32,000 bases of DNA from Flavobacteriaceae bacterium (GCA_965224465.1 OZ245049.1:1-32000); one strand, 5' to 3'; shown: positions 1 to 10,880, numbered from the stretch's first letter. The notes: generated by a model not told the origin, from the letters alone. Numbers and translations are program-made.

Positions 1-2983
1 CAAATTTGTAAATTAATAATGGATCTTTTTGCTCGTAGGTTGCATTTTGAACAGAGTGTTTCAGTTCGTCCATTTGACGTAAATGATCTTTCCATGCATC
101 ATCTATCATTGCCAAAGAAATGTTCTTTTCAAAATCTGTCACCAATACTTTCCCCTCACTTTCGTACGCTTCCTTTAAGTTTGTTACCACTTGCAAGTTT
201 TTGGTTCCATCGGTAAATGGTACTACAATGCGTTCGTATTTATCTCCTTGATTTTCATAGACATCTTTTATTACGGGGTATGCTGCTGCAGCATTTCGTT
301 CTAATTTTTCTTGGTAATTTTTGTATACAGTCTGATACAATTCATCCAATAAGTCTTGTGCATTTCTACTTATAAAGTCTTCTTTACTAAAAGGAGAACT
401 TAGCGCTAAAGTACTGATTAATTCAAATTCAAAATTCTGATAATTTTCTGTTGCTTTATTATCTGAAACAATGGCGCTACATGTATCATAAATCATATTT
501 ACGATATCTACTTGCAGGCGTTCTCCATACAATGCGTGGTGACGTTTTTTGTATACAACTTCTCGTTGAGAATTCATTACATCATCGTATTCTAACAAGC
601 GTTTACGAACTCCAAAGTTGTTTTCTTCTACTTTTTGTTGTGCGCGTTCAATAGACTTAGTAATCATAGAATGTTGGATAACCTCTCCGTCTTCCAATCC
701 CATTCTGTCCATCATTTTAGCGATTCTTTCCGAACCAAACAAACGCATTAAATTATCTTCTAAAGACACATAGAATTGTGAAGATCCGGGGTCTCCTTGT
801 CTCCCTGCACGACCACGTAACTGACGGTCTACACGTCTAGAATCATGGCGTTCTGTACCAATTATTGCTAAACCTCCAGCGGCTTTTACTTCGTCAGATA
901 ATTTAATGTCAGTACCACGACCCGCCATATTTGTGGCAATGGTTACAATACCAGCATGTCCTGCTTCTTCTACAATGTCCGCTTCTTTTTTATGCAATTT
1001 TGCATTTAAAACATTGTGTTTAATTTTTCGTATTCCAAGCATTTTGGAGAGTAATTCCGAAATCTCTACAGAGGTAGTACCTACTAATACGGGTCTGCCA
1101 TCTGCAACTAATTTAGCAACTTCATCAATAACGGCATTGTATTTTTCACGTTTAGTTTTATAGATTAAATCTTGACTATCTAAACGAATTAAAGGTTTGT
1201 TGGTAGGGATTTCAATAACGTCCAATTTGTATATTTCCCAAAATTCTCCTGCTTCAGTAATCGCTGTACCTGTCATACCAGATAATTTGCGATACATTCT
1301 AAAGTAGTTTTGTAAGGTAACCGTAGCGTACGTTTGTGTGGCGTCCTCAATTTTTACATTTTCTTTGGCTTCAATGGCCTGGTGTAATCCGTCAGAATAG
1401 CGACGTCCTTCCATGATACGCCCCGTTTGCTCATCAACAATTTTAATTTTATCCTCCATAATTACATACTCCACATTTTTTTCAAAAAGGGTGTAGGCTT
1501 TTAATAGTTGATTCATTGTATGAATACGTTCACTTTTAATGCTGAAATTACGGAACAGTTCTTCTTTAAGTTCTGTAATTTCTTCTGGTGTTTTTCCTGA
1601 ATTATCTAAGGTTCCTATTTCAACACTTAGATCAGGTAATACAAAGAAATTATCGCCTCCTTGGTCATCAGATAAATAAGTAATCCCTTTATCTGTTAAC
1701 TCGATAGAGTTGTTTTTTTCGTCAATCACAAAATAGAGCTCTCTGTCTATATTTGGCATTTCACGATTGTTGTCTTGTATGTAAAAGTTTTCTGTTTTTT
1801 GAAGTAATTGTTTGATTCCGTCCTGACTTAAAAACTTAATCAATGCTTTGCTTTTTGGAAGACCACGATATACACGATACAATAAGAAACCACCTTCTTT
1901 GGTGTCTCCTTCTGCTAGTAATTTTTTTGCTTCGGACAATACTTTTGTGAGCATTGTACGTTGGATACTTACAATTTTATCTACTTCAGGTTTTAATTCG
2001 TTAAATTCGTGACGATCTCCTTGAGGGGTTGCTCCAGAAATAATTAACGGAGTACGCGCATCATCTACCAATACAGAATCCACTTCATCTACAATGGCGT
2101 AGTTATGTGGTCGTTGTACGAGGTCGTCAATTGAATGCGCCATATTATCACGTAAATAATCGAAACCAAATTCGTTATTTGTTCCGTAAGTAATATCTGA
2201 ATTATAGGCTTTTCTTCGTTCATCTGAATTAGGTGTGTGATGATCTACACAGTCAACACTCATTCCATGAAACTCAAAAATAGGGCCCATCCATGCAGCA
2301 TCACGTTTTGCTAAATAATCATTTACCGTTACAACGTGTACTCCATTTCCTGTCAAGGCATTTAGATAAATAGGTAAGGTAGATACTAATGTTTTTCCTT
2401 CCCCTGTCATCATTTCTGCAATATCACCATTGTGTAATACAGATCCACCCATTAATTGTACGTCGTAATGGATCATTTCCCAAGTAACTAATTTCCCTGA
2501 TGCATCCCATGAGTTGTCCCAGATAGCGGTATTGTTATCTAAATTGACGTGGTTGTATTTGCCTGATAATTCTCGGTCAAAAGCGGTAGCAGTAACTGCT
2601 ACTGTTTTATTTTCTGTAAAACGTTTGGCGGTTTCTTTTATTACAGCAAATGCTTCGGCTTGAATTTCCAGTAATATTTTTTCTGAAGCTTCGTAAGCGG
2701 TATCTTTTAAGGTGTCTATTTCTGCATATATTTCTTCTTTACGATCAATTGTAGCTTCTACAGCCTCTGTAGTCAACGTATCTATTTGAATATATATATC
2801 TTTAGTGCCATCACTTATTTTTTGCTTGAACATTGTTGTTTTTTCCCTCAACTGATCGTTTGTTAAGCCGTTCATTTCGGTTTCAAAAGCTATTACTGCT
2901 GCTACAATAGGTTGTAATAGTTTTAAATCTTTTTTGTTTTTATCTCCAACAAAAATTTTTAATACTGTATTTAAAAGTTTCAT
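1..2983 (-). CDS. secA: preprotein translocase ATPase SecA, N-terminal ~994 codons (C-terminus lies beyond the left window edge)
   Basis: Absent from the ORF track because no stop codon lies in the window. The minus strand is open from the ATG (cat at 2981-2983) to position 1. My translation starts [30 protein letters not shown]. Positions 2391-2413 read MMTGEGKT in frame, the SecA Walker A block. The + strand ORFs 19-216, 451-654 and 906-1163 are antisense artefacts. Confidence 0.93.
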   Translation of the reverse strand, partial: MKLLNTVLKIFVGDKNKKDLKLLQPIVAAVIAFETEMNGLTNDQLREKTTMFKQKISDGTKDIYIQIDTLTTEAVEATIDRKEEIYAEIDTLKDTAYEASEKILLEIQAEAFAVIKETAKRFTENKTVAVTATAFDRELSGKYNHVNLDNNTAIWDNSWDASGKLVTWEMIHYDVQLMGGSVLHNGDIAEMMTGEGKTLVSTLPIYLNALTGNGVHVVTVNDYLAKRDAAWMGPIFEFHGMSVDCVDHHTPNSDERRKAYNSDITYGTNNEFGFDYLRDNMAHSIDDLVQRPHNYAIVDEVDSVLVDDARTPLIISGATPQGDRHEFNELKPEVDKIVSIQRTMLTKVLSEAKKLLAEGDTKEGGFLLYRVYRGLPKSKALIKFLSQDGIKQLLQKTENFYIQDNNREMPNIDRELYFVIDEKNNSIELTDKGITYLSDDQGGDNFFVLPDLSVEIGTLDNSGKTPEEITELKEELFRNFSIKSERIHTMNQLLKAYTLFEKNVEYVIMEDKIKIVDEQTGRIMEGRRYSDGLHQAIEAKENVKIEDATQTYATVTLQNYFRMYRKLSGMTGTAITEAGEFWEIYKLDVIEIPTNKPLIRLDSQDLIYKTKREKYNAVIDEVAKLVADGRPVLVGTTSVEISELLSKMLGIRKIKHNVLNAKLHKKEADIVEEAGHAGIVTIATNMAGRGTDIKLSDEVKAAGGLAIIGTERHDSRRVDRQLRGRAGRQGDPGSSQFYVSLEDNLMRLFGSERIAKMMDRMGLEDGEVIQHSMITKSIERAQQKVEENNFGVRKRLLEYDDVMNSQREVVYKKRHHALYGERLQVDIVNMIYDTCSAIVSDNKATENYQNFEFELISTLALSSPFSKEDFISRNAQDLLDELYQTVYKNYQEKLERNAAAAYPVIKDVYENQGDKYERIVVPFTDGTKNLQVVTNLKEAYESEGKVLVTDFEKNISLAMIDDAWKDHLRQMDELKHSVQNATYEQKDPLLIYKF

Positions 2984-3135
2984 GTGTTATTCTTAATTTT
3001 TTTAAATGGACACCTGTGTAAAAATTCATTTTTTATACAAGTGTTTATATTATTATTAATGGGGTATCCTTTTGATAGTATTCAATAGAAATACCTTTTT
3101 ATTCGCTGATTTTAAATATTGGTTCAAATTTAAAC

Positions 3136-3160
3136 AAAAAAAAAGCCTCATTCGAGACTT
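3136..3160 (-). terminator. rho-independent terminator after the DUF2795 gene
   Basis: On the minus strand, agtctc-gaat-gaggct (including one G.U pair) is followed by a T9 run (A9 at 3136-3144 on the + strand). Confidence 0.55.
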
Positions 3161-3185
3161 TTTGTGGCATTTTTATAAATATTTT

Positions 3186-3407
3186 TTAATATTCATCTTC
3201 ATTCCAAAGATAATCCTCTTCGGTGGGGTAATCTGGCCATATTTCAACAATAGAGTCATATATCTCACCTTCATCTTCAATATCTTGTAGGTTTTCTACA
3301 ACCTCTAATGGAGCTCCTGTTCGAATTGCGTAATCTATCAATTCGTCTTTTACTGCCGGCCATGGTGCATCTGCTAAATAAGACGCTAATTCTAATGTCC
3401 AATACAT
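3186..3407 (-). CDS. DUF2795 domain-containing protein (small acidic protein)
   Basis: The 73-aa translation MYWTLELASYLADAPWPAVKDELIDYAIRTGAPLEVVENLQDIEDEGEIY has the pattern I recognise as DUF2795. It has its own -7 box and a downstream terminator. Confidence 0.85.
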   Translation of the reverse strand: MYWTLELASYLADAPWPAVKDELIDYAIRTGAPLEVVENLQDIEDEGEIYDSIVEIWPDYPTEEDYLWNEDEY

Positions 3408-3424
3408 ATATAACTGTTTTTTTG

Positions 3425-3432
3425 CAAAAATA
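3425..3432 (-). promoter_or_regulatory. Bacteroidetes-type -7 box TATTTTTG upstream of the DUF2795 gene
   Basis: Exact TAnnTTTG match on the minus strand, 17 nt from the ATG at 3407. Confidence 0.4.
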
Positions 3433-3486
3433 TATTATTTTTTGAGAAAGTCAAGTTTTTTGCTGTTTTTTTTAATTTGAAAGAAC

Positions 3487-4062
3487 TTATTTGTTTTTCA
3501 CTGGTTTCCACGGTATTTCTTCCGCTTGATTTTTTAAGGTCAATTTTCGTGCCAATACAAAAATATAATCTGAAAGGCGGTTTAAATAAGTAAGGATGTT
3601 TTTGTCAAGTGGCTCTGAATCATTTAATTGTGCGCAAAGTCTTTCTGCTCTTCGGCATACACAGCGTGCAATATGACAAAATGACACAGTTGTATGCCCT
3701 CCAGGCAGTATAAAACAAGTCATTGGTGTCAGTGATTCGTTCATTTTGTCTATTTCGTCTTCTAATTGTTGGATAGATTCACTTGTGACTATGGGAATAT
3801 TTAATCTGTCCTTACCATTTTTGAGTTTTTCTTTTTCAGGAGGGGTGGCTAGCATTGCACCTAGAGTAAACAAATCATTTTGTATTTGGATAAGTATTGT
3901 TTTTAAATGATCGTCTATTTGTTGGTCTCTTATAAGGCCCATGTATGAGTTGAGTTCATCTACGGTTCCATAGGATTCTATGCGTAAATGGTATTTAGGG
4001 ACGCGTTGTCCACCAAATAAAGATGTTTTTCCGCTATCACCTGTTTTTGTGTATATTTTCAT
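3487..4062 (-). CDS. PduO-type ATP:cob(I)alamin / cob(I)yrinic acid a,c-diamide adenosyltransferase
   Basis: The N-terminus MKIYTKTGDSGKTSLFGGQRVPK and the ~190 aa length are typical of the PduO/MMAB family. Confidence 0.88.
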   Translation of the reverse strand: MKIYTKTGDSGKTSLFGGQRVPKYHLRIESYGTVDELNSYMGLIRDQQIDDHLKTILIQIQNDLFTLGAMLATPPEKEKLKNGKDRLNIPIVTSESIQQLEDEIDKMNESLTPMTCFILPGGHTTVSFCHIARCVCRRAERLCAQLNDSEPLDKNILTYLNRLSDYIFVLARKLTLKNQAEEIPWKPVKNK

Positions 4063-4137
4063 TTGTTATGATGCTGTTTTTAACAGTGGGCTATAAACGC
4101 ACTGTTTTGTTTTATGTTGGCTTTTGAATTGGTGTTG

Positions 4138-4734
4138 TTAAATTCGGATGTTAAAGTGTTCTTTTTTTTGTTCTGGACGGAAACAGATGATTCCTTTGTT
4201 GTACATATTGATACTCACGGTGGCTTTTGGATGTTGACAAAAACTTTCCCATAGCAGCAGGGTTTCTTCTGTTTCTCTTATATTGTTGAAATAGATAATG
4301 CTATCGGAATGTGTTGACGACATGCAATCGTAAAATATACGTGTTGCATTTTGTCTGTCAAAAAGGCTGTGAAAATACGCAAAGTCGTACAGCGGACTAA
4401 TATTCATCTTCGCAACAAATTCAAAATTTTGTTTTGTTTCAAAAAGAACCTTGTTATTTCCGTATTTTAAACATGTTTTAACCGCTTCAGGTGCGGATTC
4501 TGCTAGCATTATTTGAGTTGGTTTTAGGTAACTCGATAGCCGTGTTAGTAACTCTAGATCATTTAAACTTATGTGGGTAGGTTTGTTGATTTTGTATTGT
4601 TGATTTGCGTGGTTTTTTATTTCCATAGACTTATTATACAGTCCTTTGGTTACTAAATTAAAAACAAAAGGAGAATGTACTCCATGTTCATTTGTAGATT
4701 TAGCTAAGAATTTTACGTATGCAAGTGCCCCCAT
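4138..4734 (-). CDS. conserved hypothetical protein, usually annotated as a SAM-dependent methyltransferase-like protein in Flavobacteriia
   Basis: 198-aa ORF. The N-terminal LAKSTNEHGVHSPFVFNLV motif resembles that family from memory. Its ATG overlaps the hutI stop (TAATG at 4732-4736), implying translational coupling. The product name is tentative. Confidence 0.7.
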   Translation of the reverse strand: MGALAYVKFLAKSTNEHGVHSPFVFNLVTKGLYNKSMEIKNHANQQYKINKPTHISLNDLELLTRLSSYLKPTQIMLAESAPEAVKTCLKYGNNKVLFETKQNFEFVAKMNISPLYDFAYFHSLFDRQNATRIFYDCMSSTHSDSIIYFNNIRETEETLLLWESFCQHPKATVSINMYNKGIICFRPEQKKEHFNIRI

Positions 4735-5972
4735 TATTTTATGTGTTCTCCGTTAATAAACACCTGTTCTATACAGTCTGTTCCAAAAGCATAAGGTAGG
4801 AAATTATAATTTGAAATAGGTTTTGTGATCATAAAATTTGCTTTTTTCCCAATACTGATGCTTCCTAATTCGTTAGAGACTCCCATGGCGTATGCTCCAT
4901 TTATGGTGGCTGCATTGATGGCTTCTTCTGGGGTCATTTTCATTTTAATACAAGCAGTAGAAATTACAAAATTCATGTTTCCAGAAGGTGTAGAGCCAGG
5001 GTTGTAGTCACTTGCCAATGCCAATGGCAGTCCTGCATCAATCATGCGCCTGGCAGGTGTGTAAGGAATGCTTAAAAAATAAGAACACGAAGGCAGTGCT
5101 ACGGGCATTGTTTTACTGTTTTTTAATGCTGCAATATCTTCTTCGCGCATTTCTTCTAAATGGTCAACAGATAAGGCATTGTATTTGATTCCTGCCTGTA
5201 AACCTCCGATGGCGTTAAATTGATTGACATGTATTTTAGGAATTAGACCGTAAGAAGTTGCGGCCTTTAAAAGGAGTTCTGTGTCTGCGACTGAAAAATA
5301 TCCTTTTTCACAGAAGATATCAATATAATCTGCAAGTTTTTCTTTGGCAACTATCGGTAATATTTCTTCAATTACATTTTTTAAGTACAGGTCCTTTTTC
5401 CCTTTGTATTCTGTAGGTAAAGCATGGGCTGCCAAAAAGGTAGACTTTATGGTGATGGGGTAGTTTTTATCGAGTCGTTTGATAACCCGTAACATTTTTA
5501 ATTCTGCTTCCTTTGTCAGTCCGTATCCAGATTTGATTTCGATGGCTCCTGTTCCTAATTTCATAACCTGTTCCAATCGGTTGGCAGATTCTTGATATAG
5601 TGCATCCTCAGAGATAGCTTGTAGTTTTTTTGCGGAATTTAAGATGCCGCCACCACGAGCTGCAATTTCTTCATAGGTAAGACCGTTAATCCTATCTACA
5701 AATTCTTGTTCACGGTTGCCTGCAAATACAATATGTGTATGACTGTCACACCAAGTAGGGAGTACTGTTTTTCCTTTGGCGTCTATGGTTTTGTCAGTAA
5801 CTACTTCAGGAAGAGCATCCATTGGGCCGTAATCTATAATGAGTTGATTTTTGATCAATAAAAATGCGTTTTTTATAGTGGGCAATGTTTTCATTTCAAT
5901 TCCCGATACATAACTGTTTAGGGTAGGGGAGGTTTGAAGCAGTTCTTTGATGTTTATAATGATGGTTGTCAT
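4734..5972 (-). CDS. hutI: imidazolonepropionase
   Basis: 412 aa with a metal-binding DSHTH motif (WCDSHTHIVFAGNREQEF) and amidohydrolase-fold blocks typical of HutI. Confidence 0.92.
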   Translation of the reverse strand: MTTIIINIKELLQTSPTLNSYVSGIEMKTLPTIKNAFLLIKNQLIIDYGPMDALPEVVTDKTIDAKGKTVLPTWCDSHTHIVFAGNREQEFVDRINGLTYEEIAARGGGILNSAKKLQAISEDALYQESANRLEQVMKLGTGAIEIKSGYGLTKEAELKMLRVIKRLDKNYPITIKSTFLAAHALPTEYKGKKDLYLKNVIEEILPIVAKEKLADYIDIFCEKGYFSVADTELLLKAATSYGLIPKIHVNQFNAIGGLQAGIKYNALSVDHLEEMREEDIAALKNSKTMPVALPSCSYFLSIPYTPARRMIDAGLPLALASDYNPGSTPSGNMNFVISTACIKMKMTPEEAINAATINGAYAMGVSNELGSISIGKKANFMITKPISNYNFLPYAFGTDCIEQVFINGEHIK

Positions 5973-6083
5973 GCTGTTTACAAAATTTTAGAGTCAAATA
6001 ATCTGATTTAAATCAGGAAATAGATTTGTTTTTTTTAAATATAAATAGTCCTGAATTACAGGCAAAATTACGACAAAAAGAAC

Positions 6084-6091
6084 TATTTTTG
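6084..6091 (+). promoter_or_regulatory. Bacteroidetes-type -7 box TATTTTTG upstream of pta
   Basis: Exact TAnnTTTG match, 15 nt from the ATG at 6107. A second match, TAGATTTG, lies at 6021-6028. Confidence 0.4.
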
Positions 6092-6106
6092 CAAAAAATT
6101 TATTTG

Positions 6107-8200
6107 ATGAATAAAGCTATCTATATTGCCACTAGTGAACCCAACAGTGGTAAATCTATCGTGGCATTAGGTTTAATGCGCATGTTATTAGGGAAAACAG
6201 CTAAGGTGGGATATTTTAGGCCTATTGTTGACGAAGTAATAAATGATGGAGGAGATAATCATATCAATACTATAATTTCTCATTTTGAATTGGATTTAGA
6301 TCCTAAAGATTCGTTTGCATTTACACGGAAAGAATTAATTAAAAAACGGAATGCAGGCAAGGATGGAGAAATTATTGATACCATCATTAAAAAGTATAAA
6401 AAGTTAGAAGAGAAATGTGACTTTATGCTTGTCGAAGGGACAGATTTTTCTGGTGAAGGTTCTGTTATAGAATTGGATGTTAATATTTTAATAGCCAAAA
6501 ACTTGGGGATACCAGCCATTATAGTTTCTACAGGAGCTGGGAAAACCATGGACGAATTTGTAGAAGGAATTCATTTAACGTGTGATGAGTTTAATGATAA
6601 GGATGTGGACGTGTTATGTGTAATTGCTAATAAAATAAAGAAAGAAAATGTATCCTTGGTTCAAGAAGGATTGGAAGCAAATCTACCAAAAAATATTTCT
6701 GTAAATGTAATTCCTTTGATCGAGTCGTTAGACAATCCTACAATTCAAGAGGTGGTTGATGCTATTGGTGCTGAAGTTTTGTTTGGTGAAAAAAAATTGA
6801 ATAACGAAATTGGCTGCTTTAAAGTAGGAGCCATGCAGTTGCCAAATTATTTAAATTTTATAGAAGAGAAAAGTTTGACCATTACTCCAGGAGATAGGGC
6901 TGATATTATTTTAGGAGCATTGCAAGCAAATATGTCTTCTAATTATCCATCGGTTTCTGGAATTGTATTGACAGGGGGGATTTTGCCTTCGGAATCTATT
7001 TTGAAATTAATAAAAGGTTTGTCGCCGATTGTTCCAATTATTTCTGTAAAAGAAGGAACGTTTGAAGTGAGCAATAAAATCGGAAATGTTAAGTCAAAAA
7101 TTTACGCAAATAATACAGAAAAGATTACAAAATCCATTGCTATTTTTGAACAGTATATCGATAGTGAAAAACTATCCACCAAATTAAGTGATTTTGAAAA
7201 TGATGGTATGACACCACGCATGTTCCAATACAATTTGCAAGTACGTGCTTCTAAGCATAGAAAGCATATTGTACTTCCAGAAGGGAATGACGATCGTGTG
7301 ATTACCGCAGCCGCTCAGTTGATTGCAATGGATATTGTAGATCTAACAATTTTAGGTGATGCTGTAAAAATTGAAAGTAAAATTGCTCGTTTAGGATTAA
7401 AATTAGATCTTAGTAAAGTAAAGATCATAAATCCAATAGAATCTGAATATTTTGAAGATTTTTCACAAACATTTTATGAGTTGAGAAAACATAAAAATGT
7501 GACCATAGACATGGCTAGAGATATTATGGGAGATGTGTCCTATTTTGGAACCATGATGGTGTACAAGGAATTGGCAGACGGGATGGTTTCTGGAGCAGCT
7601 CATACAACCCAACATACGATTAGACCTGCATTGCAGTTTGTAAAAACAAAACCAGGTGTGTCTGTAGTGTCCTCTATTTTCTTTATGTGTTTAGAAGACA
7701 GGATTTCTGTATTTGGAGATTGTGCTATCAATCCAAACCCAACAGCGGAACAGTTGGCGGAAATTGCAATATCATCTGCGGATAGTAGCAAAGCTTTCGG
7801 GATAGATCCAAAAGTAGCCATGTTGTCGTATTCTTCTGGTTCTTCTGGAAAAGGAGAGGAAGTAGATAAAGTGCGTAGAGCTACAGAAATTGTTAAAGAA
7901 TTACGTCCAGATATTAAGATAGAAGGGCCTATACAATATGATGCCGCTGTAGATCCAGTGGTTGGTAAAAGTAAATTGCCAGATTCAGAGGTTGCTGGGC
8001 AAGCAAACGTATTAATTTTTCCTGATTTAAATACAGGGAATAATACTTATAAAGCAGTCCAACGAGAAACAGGAGCATTGGCCATTGGTCCAATGTTGCA
8101 AGGTTTAAATAAACCTGTAAATGATTTAAGTAGAGGGTGTACTGTAGCAGATATTTCTAATACAGTCATTTTAACAGCAATTCAAGCGCAAGGCTTGTAA
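6107..8200 (+). CDS. pta: phosphate acetyltransferase, long form (N-terminal P-loop/DRTGG region plus PTA_PTB domain)
   Basis: The track ORF 6026-8200 starts at a TTG. I prefer the ATG at 6107 (MNKAIYIATSEPNSGKSIV) because a TATTTTTG -7 box at 6084-6091 lies inside the upstream extension. The C-terminal half matches the Pta catalytic domain (GAAHTTQHTIRPALQ, NVLIFPDLNTGNNTYK). Confidence 0.92.
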   Translation: MNKAIYIATSEPNSGKSIVALGLMRMLLGKTAKVGYFRPIVDEVINDGGDNHINTIISHFELDLDPKDSFAFTRKELIKKRNAGKDGEIIDTIIKKYKKLEEKCDFMLVEGTDFSGEGSVIELDVNILIAKNLGIPAIIVSTGAGKTMDEFVEGIHLTCDEFNDKDVDVLCVIANKIKKENVSLVQEGLEANLPKNISVNVIPLIESLDNPTIQEVVDAIGAEVLFGEKKLNNEIGCFKVGAMQLPNYLNFIEEKSLTITPGDRADIILGALQANMSSNYPSVSGIVLTGGILPSESILKLIKGLSPIVPIISVKEGTFEVSNKIGNVKSKIYANNTEKITKSIAIFEQYIDSEKLSTKLSDFENDGMTPRMFQYNLQVRASKHRKHIVLPEGNDDRVITAAAQLIAMDIVDLTILGDAVKIESKIARLGLKLDLSKVKIINPIESEYFEDFSQTFYELRKHKNVTIDMARDIMGDVSYFGTMMVYKELADGMVSGAAHTTQHTIRPALQFVKTKPGVSVVSSIFFMCLEDRISVFGDCAINPNPTAEQLAEIAISSADSSKAFGIDPKVAMLSYSSGSSGKGEEVDKVRRATEIVKELRPDIKIEGPIQYDAAVDPVVGKSKLPDSEVAGQANVLIFPDLNTGNNTYKAVQRETGALAIGPMLQGLNKPVNDLSRGCTVADISNTVILTAIQAQGL

Positions 8201-8292
8201 CGTATTTGTAAACAATTATACGCCATCCATTTTAAGGACATTTCAAATGTTTGTGAAATGGATGGATATTTAATAAAAATAAGAAAATAATA

Positions 8293-9477
8293 TTGAAAAT
8301 TTTAGTTATTAATTCAGGGAGTTCATCCATAAAATATCAATTATTTAATATGCCAGAGGAACAGGTTATTTGTTCTGGAATGGTAGAGAGAATAGGCTTA
8401 GAAAATTCAGAAATCCATTTTAAGTCTGACACTCATAAAATTGATGAAATTTTAGAGATTCCAACACATAAAATTGGTTTAGAAAAAGTAGTTGCATTGT
8501 TGTTAAATGATAAAACTGGCGTTATTTCTTCGCCTGATGAAATTGAAGCAATTGGACATAGAGTTGTACACGGTGGTAGTGAGTTTTCTCGAACCACAGT
8601 TGTGACAACAGAGGTAAAGGATATTATTCGCTCTTTATTTAGTTTGGCGCCTCAGCACAATCCACCCAATTTAGAAGGGATCGAAGTAGCGGAAACAATT
8701 TTCCCTAATGCAATTCAAATTGCTGTTTTTGATACCGCATTTCATCAGACTATGCCTGTAGTGGCGTATAAATATGCAATTCCTAATAAATTCTTAGATG
8801 TACATAAAATTCGTGTGTATGGATTTCATGGAACAAGTCATAAATATGTTTCTGAAAAAACCATTGAATATTTAGGGGAGAAATCAAAAAATATTATCAC
8901 TATCCACTTAGGGAATGGTTGTAGTATGACAGCTATTAAGGATGGTAAAAGTGTTGATACTACCTTAGGATTTGGTCCTGTAAATGGTTTGGTGATGGGG
9001 ACTCGAAGTGGAGATGTAGATCAATCTATTATCTTTTACTTGGTAAATACCTTGGACTATAAACTTGAAGATGTGAATAACATGTTGCAAAAAGAAAGTG
9101 GTATGTTTGGCTTAACAGGGTATAGTGATCTACGTGATATAGAGTCAGAAGCTGAAAAAGGGAATGTAGAGTGTCAACTGGCATTAGATATGAGCGCCTA
9201 TAGGATTAAAAAAACATTGGGAGGATATGTAGCCGCCATGAATGGGTTGGATGCTATTGTTTTTACTGCTGGAATTGGAGAAAATTCGGATGTGATTCGT
9301 AGATTGGTATGTACAGATATGGAGTTTTTTGGAATTGAATTAGATTTAGAAAAAAACAATGTTCGTGCACGTAAAATTACAGAAATTCACAAAGAAGGTT
9401 CTGCAACAAAAATATTGATTGTTCCTACAAACGAAGAAGTAGAAATAGCAAAACAATCGTTTAAATTATTGGCATAG
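8293..9477 (+). CDS. ackA: acetate kinase
   Basis: The MKILVINSGSSSIKYQLF N-terminus and the rest of the 394 aa are typical AckA. The start codon in the sequence is TTG (8293-8295). It lies 92 nt downstream of pta, so probably the same operon. Confidence 0.93.
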   Translation: MKILVINSGSSSIKYQLFNMPEEQVICSGMVERIGLENSEIHFKSDTHKIDEILEIPTHKIGLEKVVALLLNDKTGVISSPDEIEAIGHRVVHGGSEFSRTTVVTTEVKDIIRSLFSLAPQHNPPNLEGIEVAETIFPNAIQIAVFDTAFHQTMPVVAYKYAIPNKFLDVHKIRVYGFHGTSHKYVSEKTIEYLGEKSKNIITIHLGNGCSMTAIKDGKSVDTTLGFGPVNGLVMGTRSGDVDQSIIFYLVNTLDYKLEDVNNMLQKESGMFGLTGYSDLRDIESEAEKGNVECQLALDMSAYRIKKTLGGYVAAMNGLDAIVFTAGIGENSDVIRRLVCTDMEFFGIELDLEKNNVRARKITEIHKEGSATKILIVPTNEEVEIAKQSFKLLA

Positions 9478-9571
9478 CCCTTTTTTTAAAAGAATTATCA
9501 GAGGTTGCTTCCTAAAGAATAGTTTTTGGATGGAAGCCAGTCCTTGAGAGATTATCCCTTTAATATGGGAT

Positions 9572-9609
9572 AAAAAAGCATTAACGCTGATTCAGCGTTA
9601 ATGCTTTTT
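9572..9609. terminator. bidirectional rho-independent terminator between convergent ackA and the FAD oxidoreductase gene
   Basis: Near-perfect 13-bp palindromic stem, gcattaacgctga / tcagcgttaatgc, flanked by A6 on the left and T5 on the right. Confidence 0.85.
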
Positions 9610-9621
9610 AGTTTTAGAGCT

Positions 9622-10863
9622 TTAAAAACGATCAGGTGAGAAGGGAAGGATGTTTGTACTGGGTTTTTTTTCTGAAATTATTTCCTCTACTAATTTCCCT
9701 GTAGCGGGTCCCAAACTCCACCCCATCATAGCATGTCCTGTAGCAAAAGTCAAGTTTTTTATTTCTGCCGACTTTCCAATGTAGGGGAGCCCATCTGGAG
9801 AAACAGGCCTGAGTCCACAGGATGCTGTTTTTTGTTCCTCTGTGGTTATTTTTAGACCTTTGTAATATTCACTAGCTGCTGTTGCAATTGCTTGTACACG
9901 TACAGGATTTATATGGTGGTTGATTCCTGCTATTTCCATAGTGCCAGAAAATCTAGTGAAGTTTTCCATAGGACTTACGGCTACTTTTGCTTCTACTAAA
10001 AGTGCTGGTATGGTGATGCCTGTTTTTTGTGTGGTGTTTATGCAGTAGCCTTTTCCTGCTTGCACAGGGATATTAATGCCTAGGTGTTTTGCTAAATAAG
10101 GACTCCATGAGCCAGCAGCTAAAACAAATTCATCAGCTTCGAATACCTGTGTCTCTGTTTTTATTTTTTGGATTTGAGATCCTTTCCTTTCTATTGATAT
10201 TACTTCTTGGTTGGTTTTGATAAGTACGCCTTTATGTATCAAATACTTTTTTAAGGTTTCCATAAAATTACTTGGAGTCATGTGGGAATCACATAAATAA
10301 TGTATAGCTCCTTCCACATTGTAATTGGCTTTGGGTTCTAGTTTTTGCAACTCTTCTTTGTTTAAATACTGAACGTTTAAGCCTTCTTTTAATGCAATTT
10401 CAGAGATTTTTAGTTCTTCATTCTCGGCTTCATGTGTTTTAAAACACATCAGTAATCCCTTGTTCTCTAGTTGGAAGTTCATCACTTTGTTTCTTAACAA
10501 ATCTTGGTATAATTCTGTGCTTAGTAGGTTGATATTTTTAATAGGTGTGATGGATTGTTGTACATGCTCTTTTGTAGAAGATTTGTAAAATAGCCAAGAC
10601 CATTTTAAAAAATCGAGATCCAGACGTGGCTTTACATAAAAAGGACTGCTTGGATTTAACATCCATTGCATTCCTTTTCGAATCATTCCAGGGGCTGCTA
10701 GTGGTAAAAAATGACTCGGAGTTAAAAATCCTGCATTTACAAAAGAGGCTCCCGAAGTGATTGTAGATTTTTCAATTACGGTTACAGAGCAACCAGATTC
10801 TTGTAAATAATAGGCGCTACATAAGCCAATAATACCCCCTCCAATAATTACAACTTTTTTCAT
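9622..10863 (-). CDS. FAD-dependent oxidoreductase, D-amino-acid dehydrogenase-like (probable D-hydroxyproline dehydrogenase)
   Basis: Rossmann N-terminus MKKVVIIGGGIIGLCSAYYL and DAO-family length. The specific function is inferred from its position as the last gene of the hydroxyproline cluster. Confidence 0.8.
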   Translation of the reverse strand: MKKVVIIGGGIIGLCSAYYLQESGCSVTVIEKSTITSGASFVNAGFLTPSHFLPLAAPGMIRKGMQWMLNPSSPFYVKPRLDLDFLKWSWLFYKSSTKEHVQQSITPIKNINLLSTELYQDLLRNKVMNFQLENKGLLMCFKTHEAENEELKISEIALKEGLNVQYLNKEELQKLEPKANYNVEGAIHYLCDSHMTPSNFMETLKKYLIHKGVLIKTNQEVISIERKGSQIQKIKTETQVFEADEFVLAAGSWSPYLAKHLGINIPVQAGKGYCINTTQKTGITIPALLVEAKVAVSPMENFTRFSGTMEIAGINHHINPVRVQAIATAASEYYKGLKITTEEQKTASCGLRPVSPDGLPYIGKSAEIKNLTFATGHAMMGWSLGPATGKLVEEIISEKKPSTNILPFSPDRF

Positions 10864-10880
10864 TATTCGTATGTTTTTTG

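Noticed and set aside
3072-3290. 72-aa + strand ORF overlapping the 3' end of the DUF2795 gene.
   Set aside because: It starts at a TTG, is Phe/Ile/Lys-rich as expected from AT-rich DNA, and runs through the DUF2795 terminator and coding region on the opposite strand.
6026-6106. N-terminal extensions offered by the ORF track: pta from 6026, outer membrane protein to 21245, ArsC-family gene to 22584, prfB to 26264, msrA from 27282, DUF6787-like gene to 28882.
   Set aside because: The extensions mostly start at TTG, add non-conserved residues in front of canonical N-termini or signal peptides, and in four cases (pta, prfB, the DUF6787-like gene and, via prfB, ltaE) contain the -7 box or overlap the neighbouring gene.
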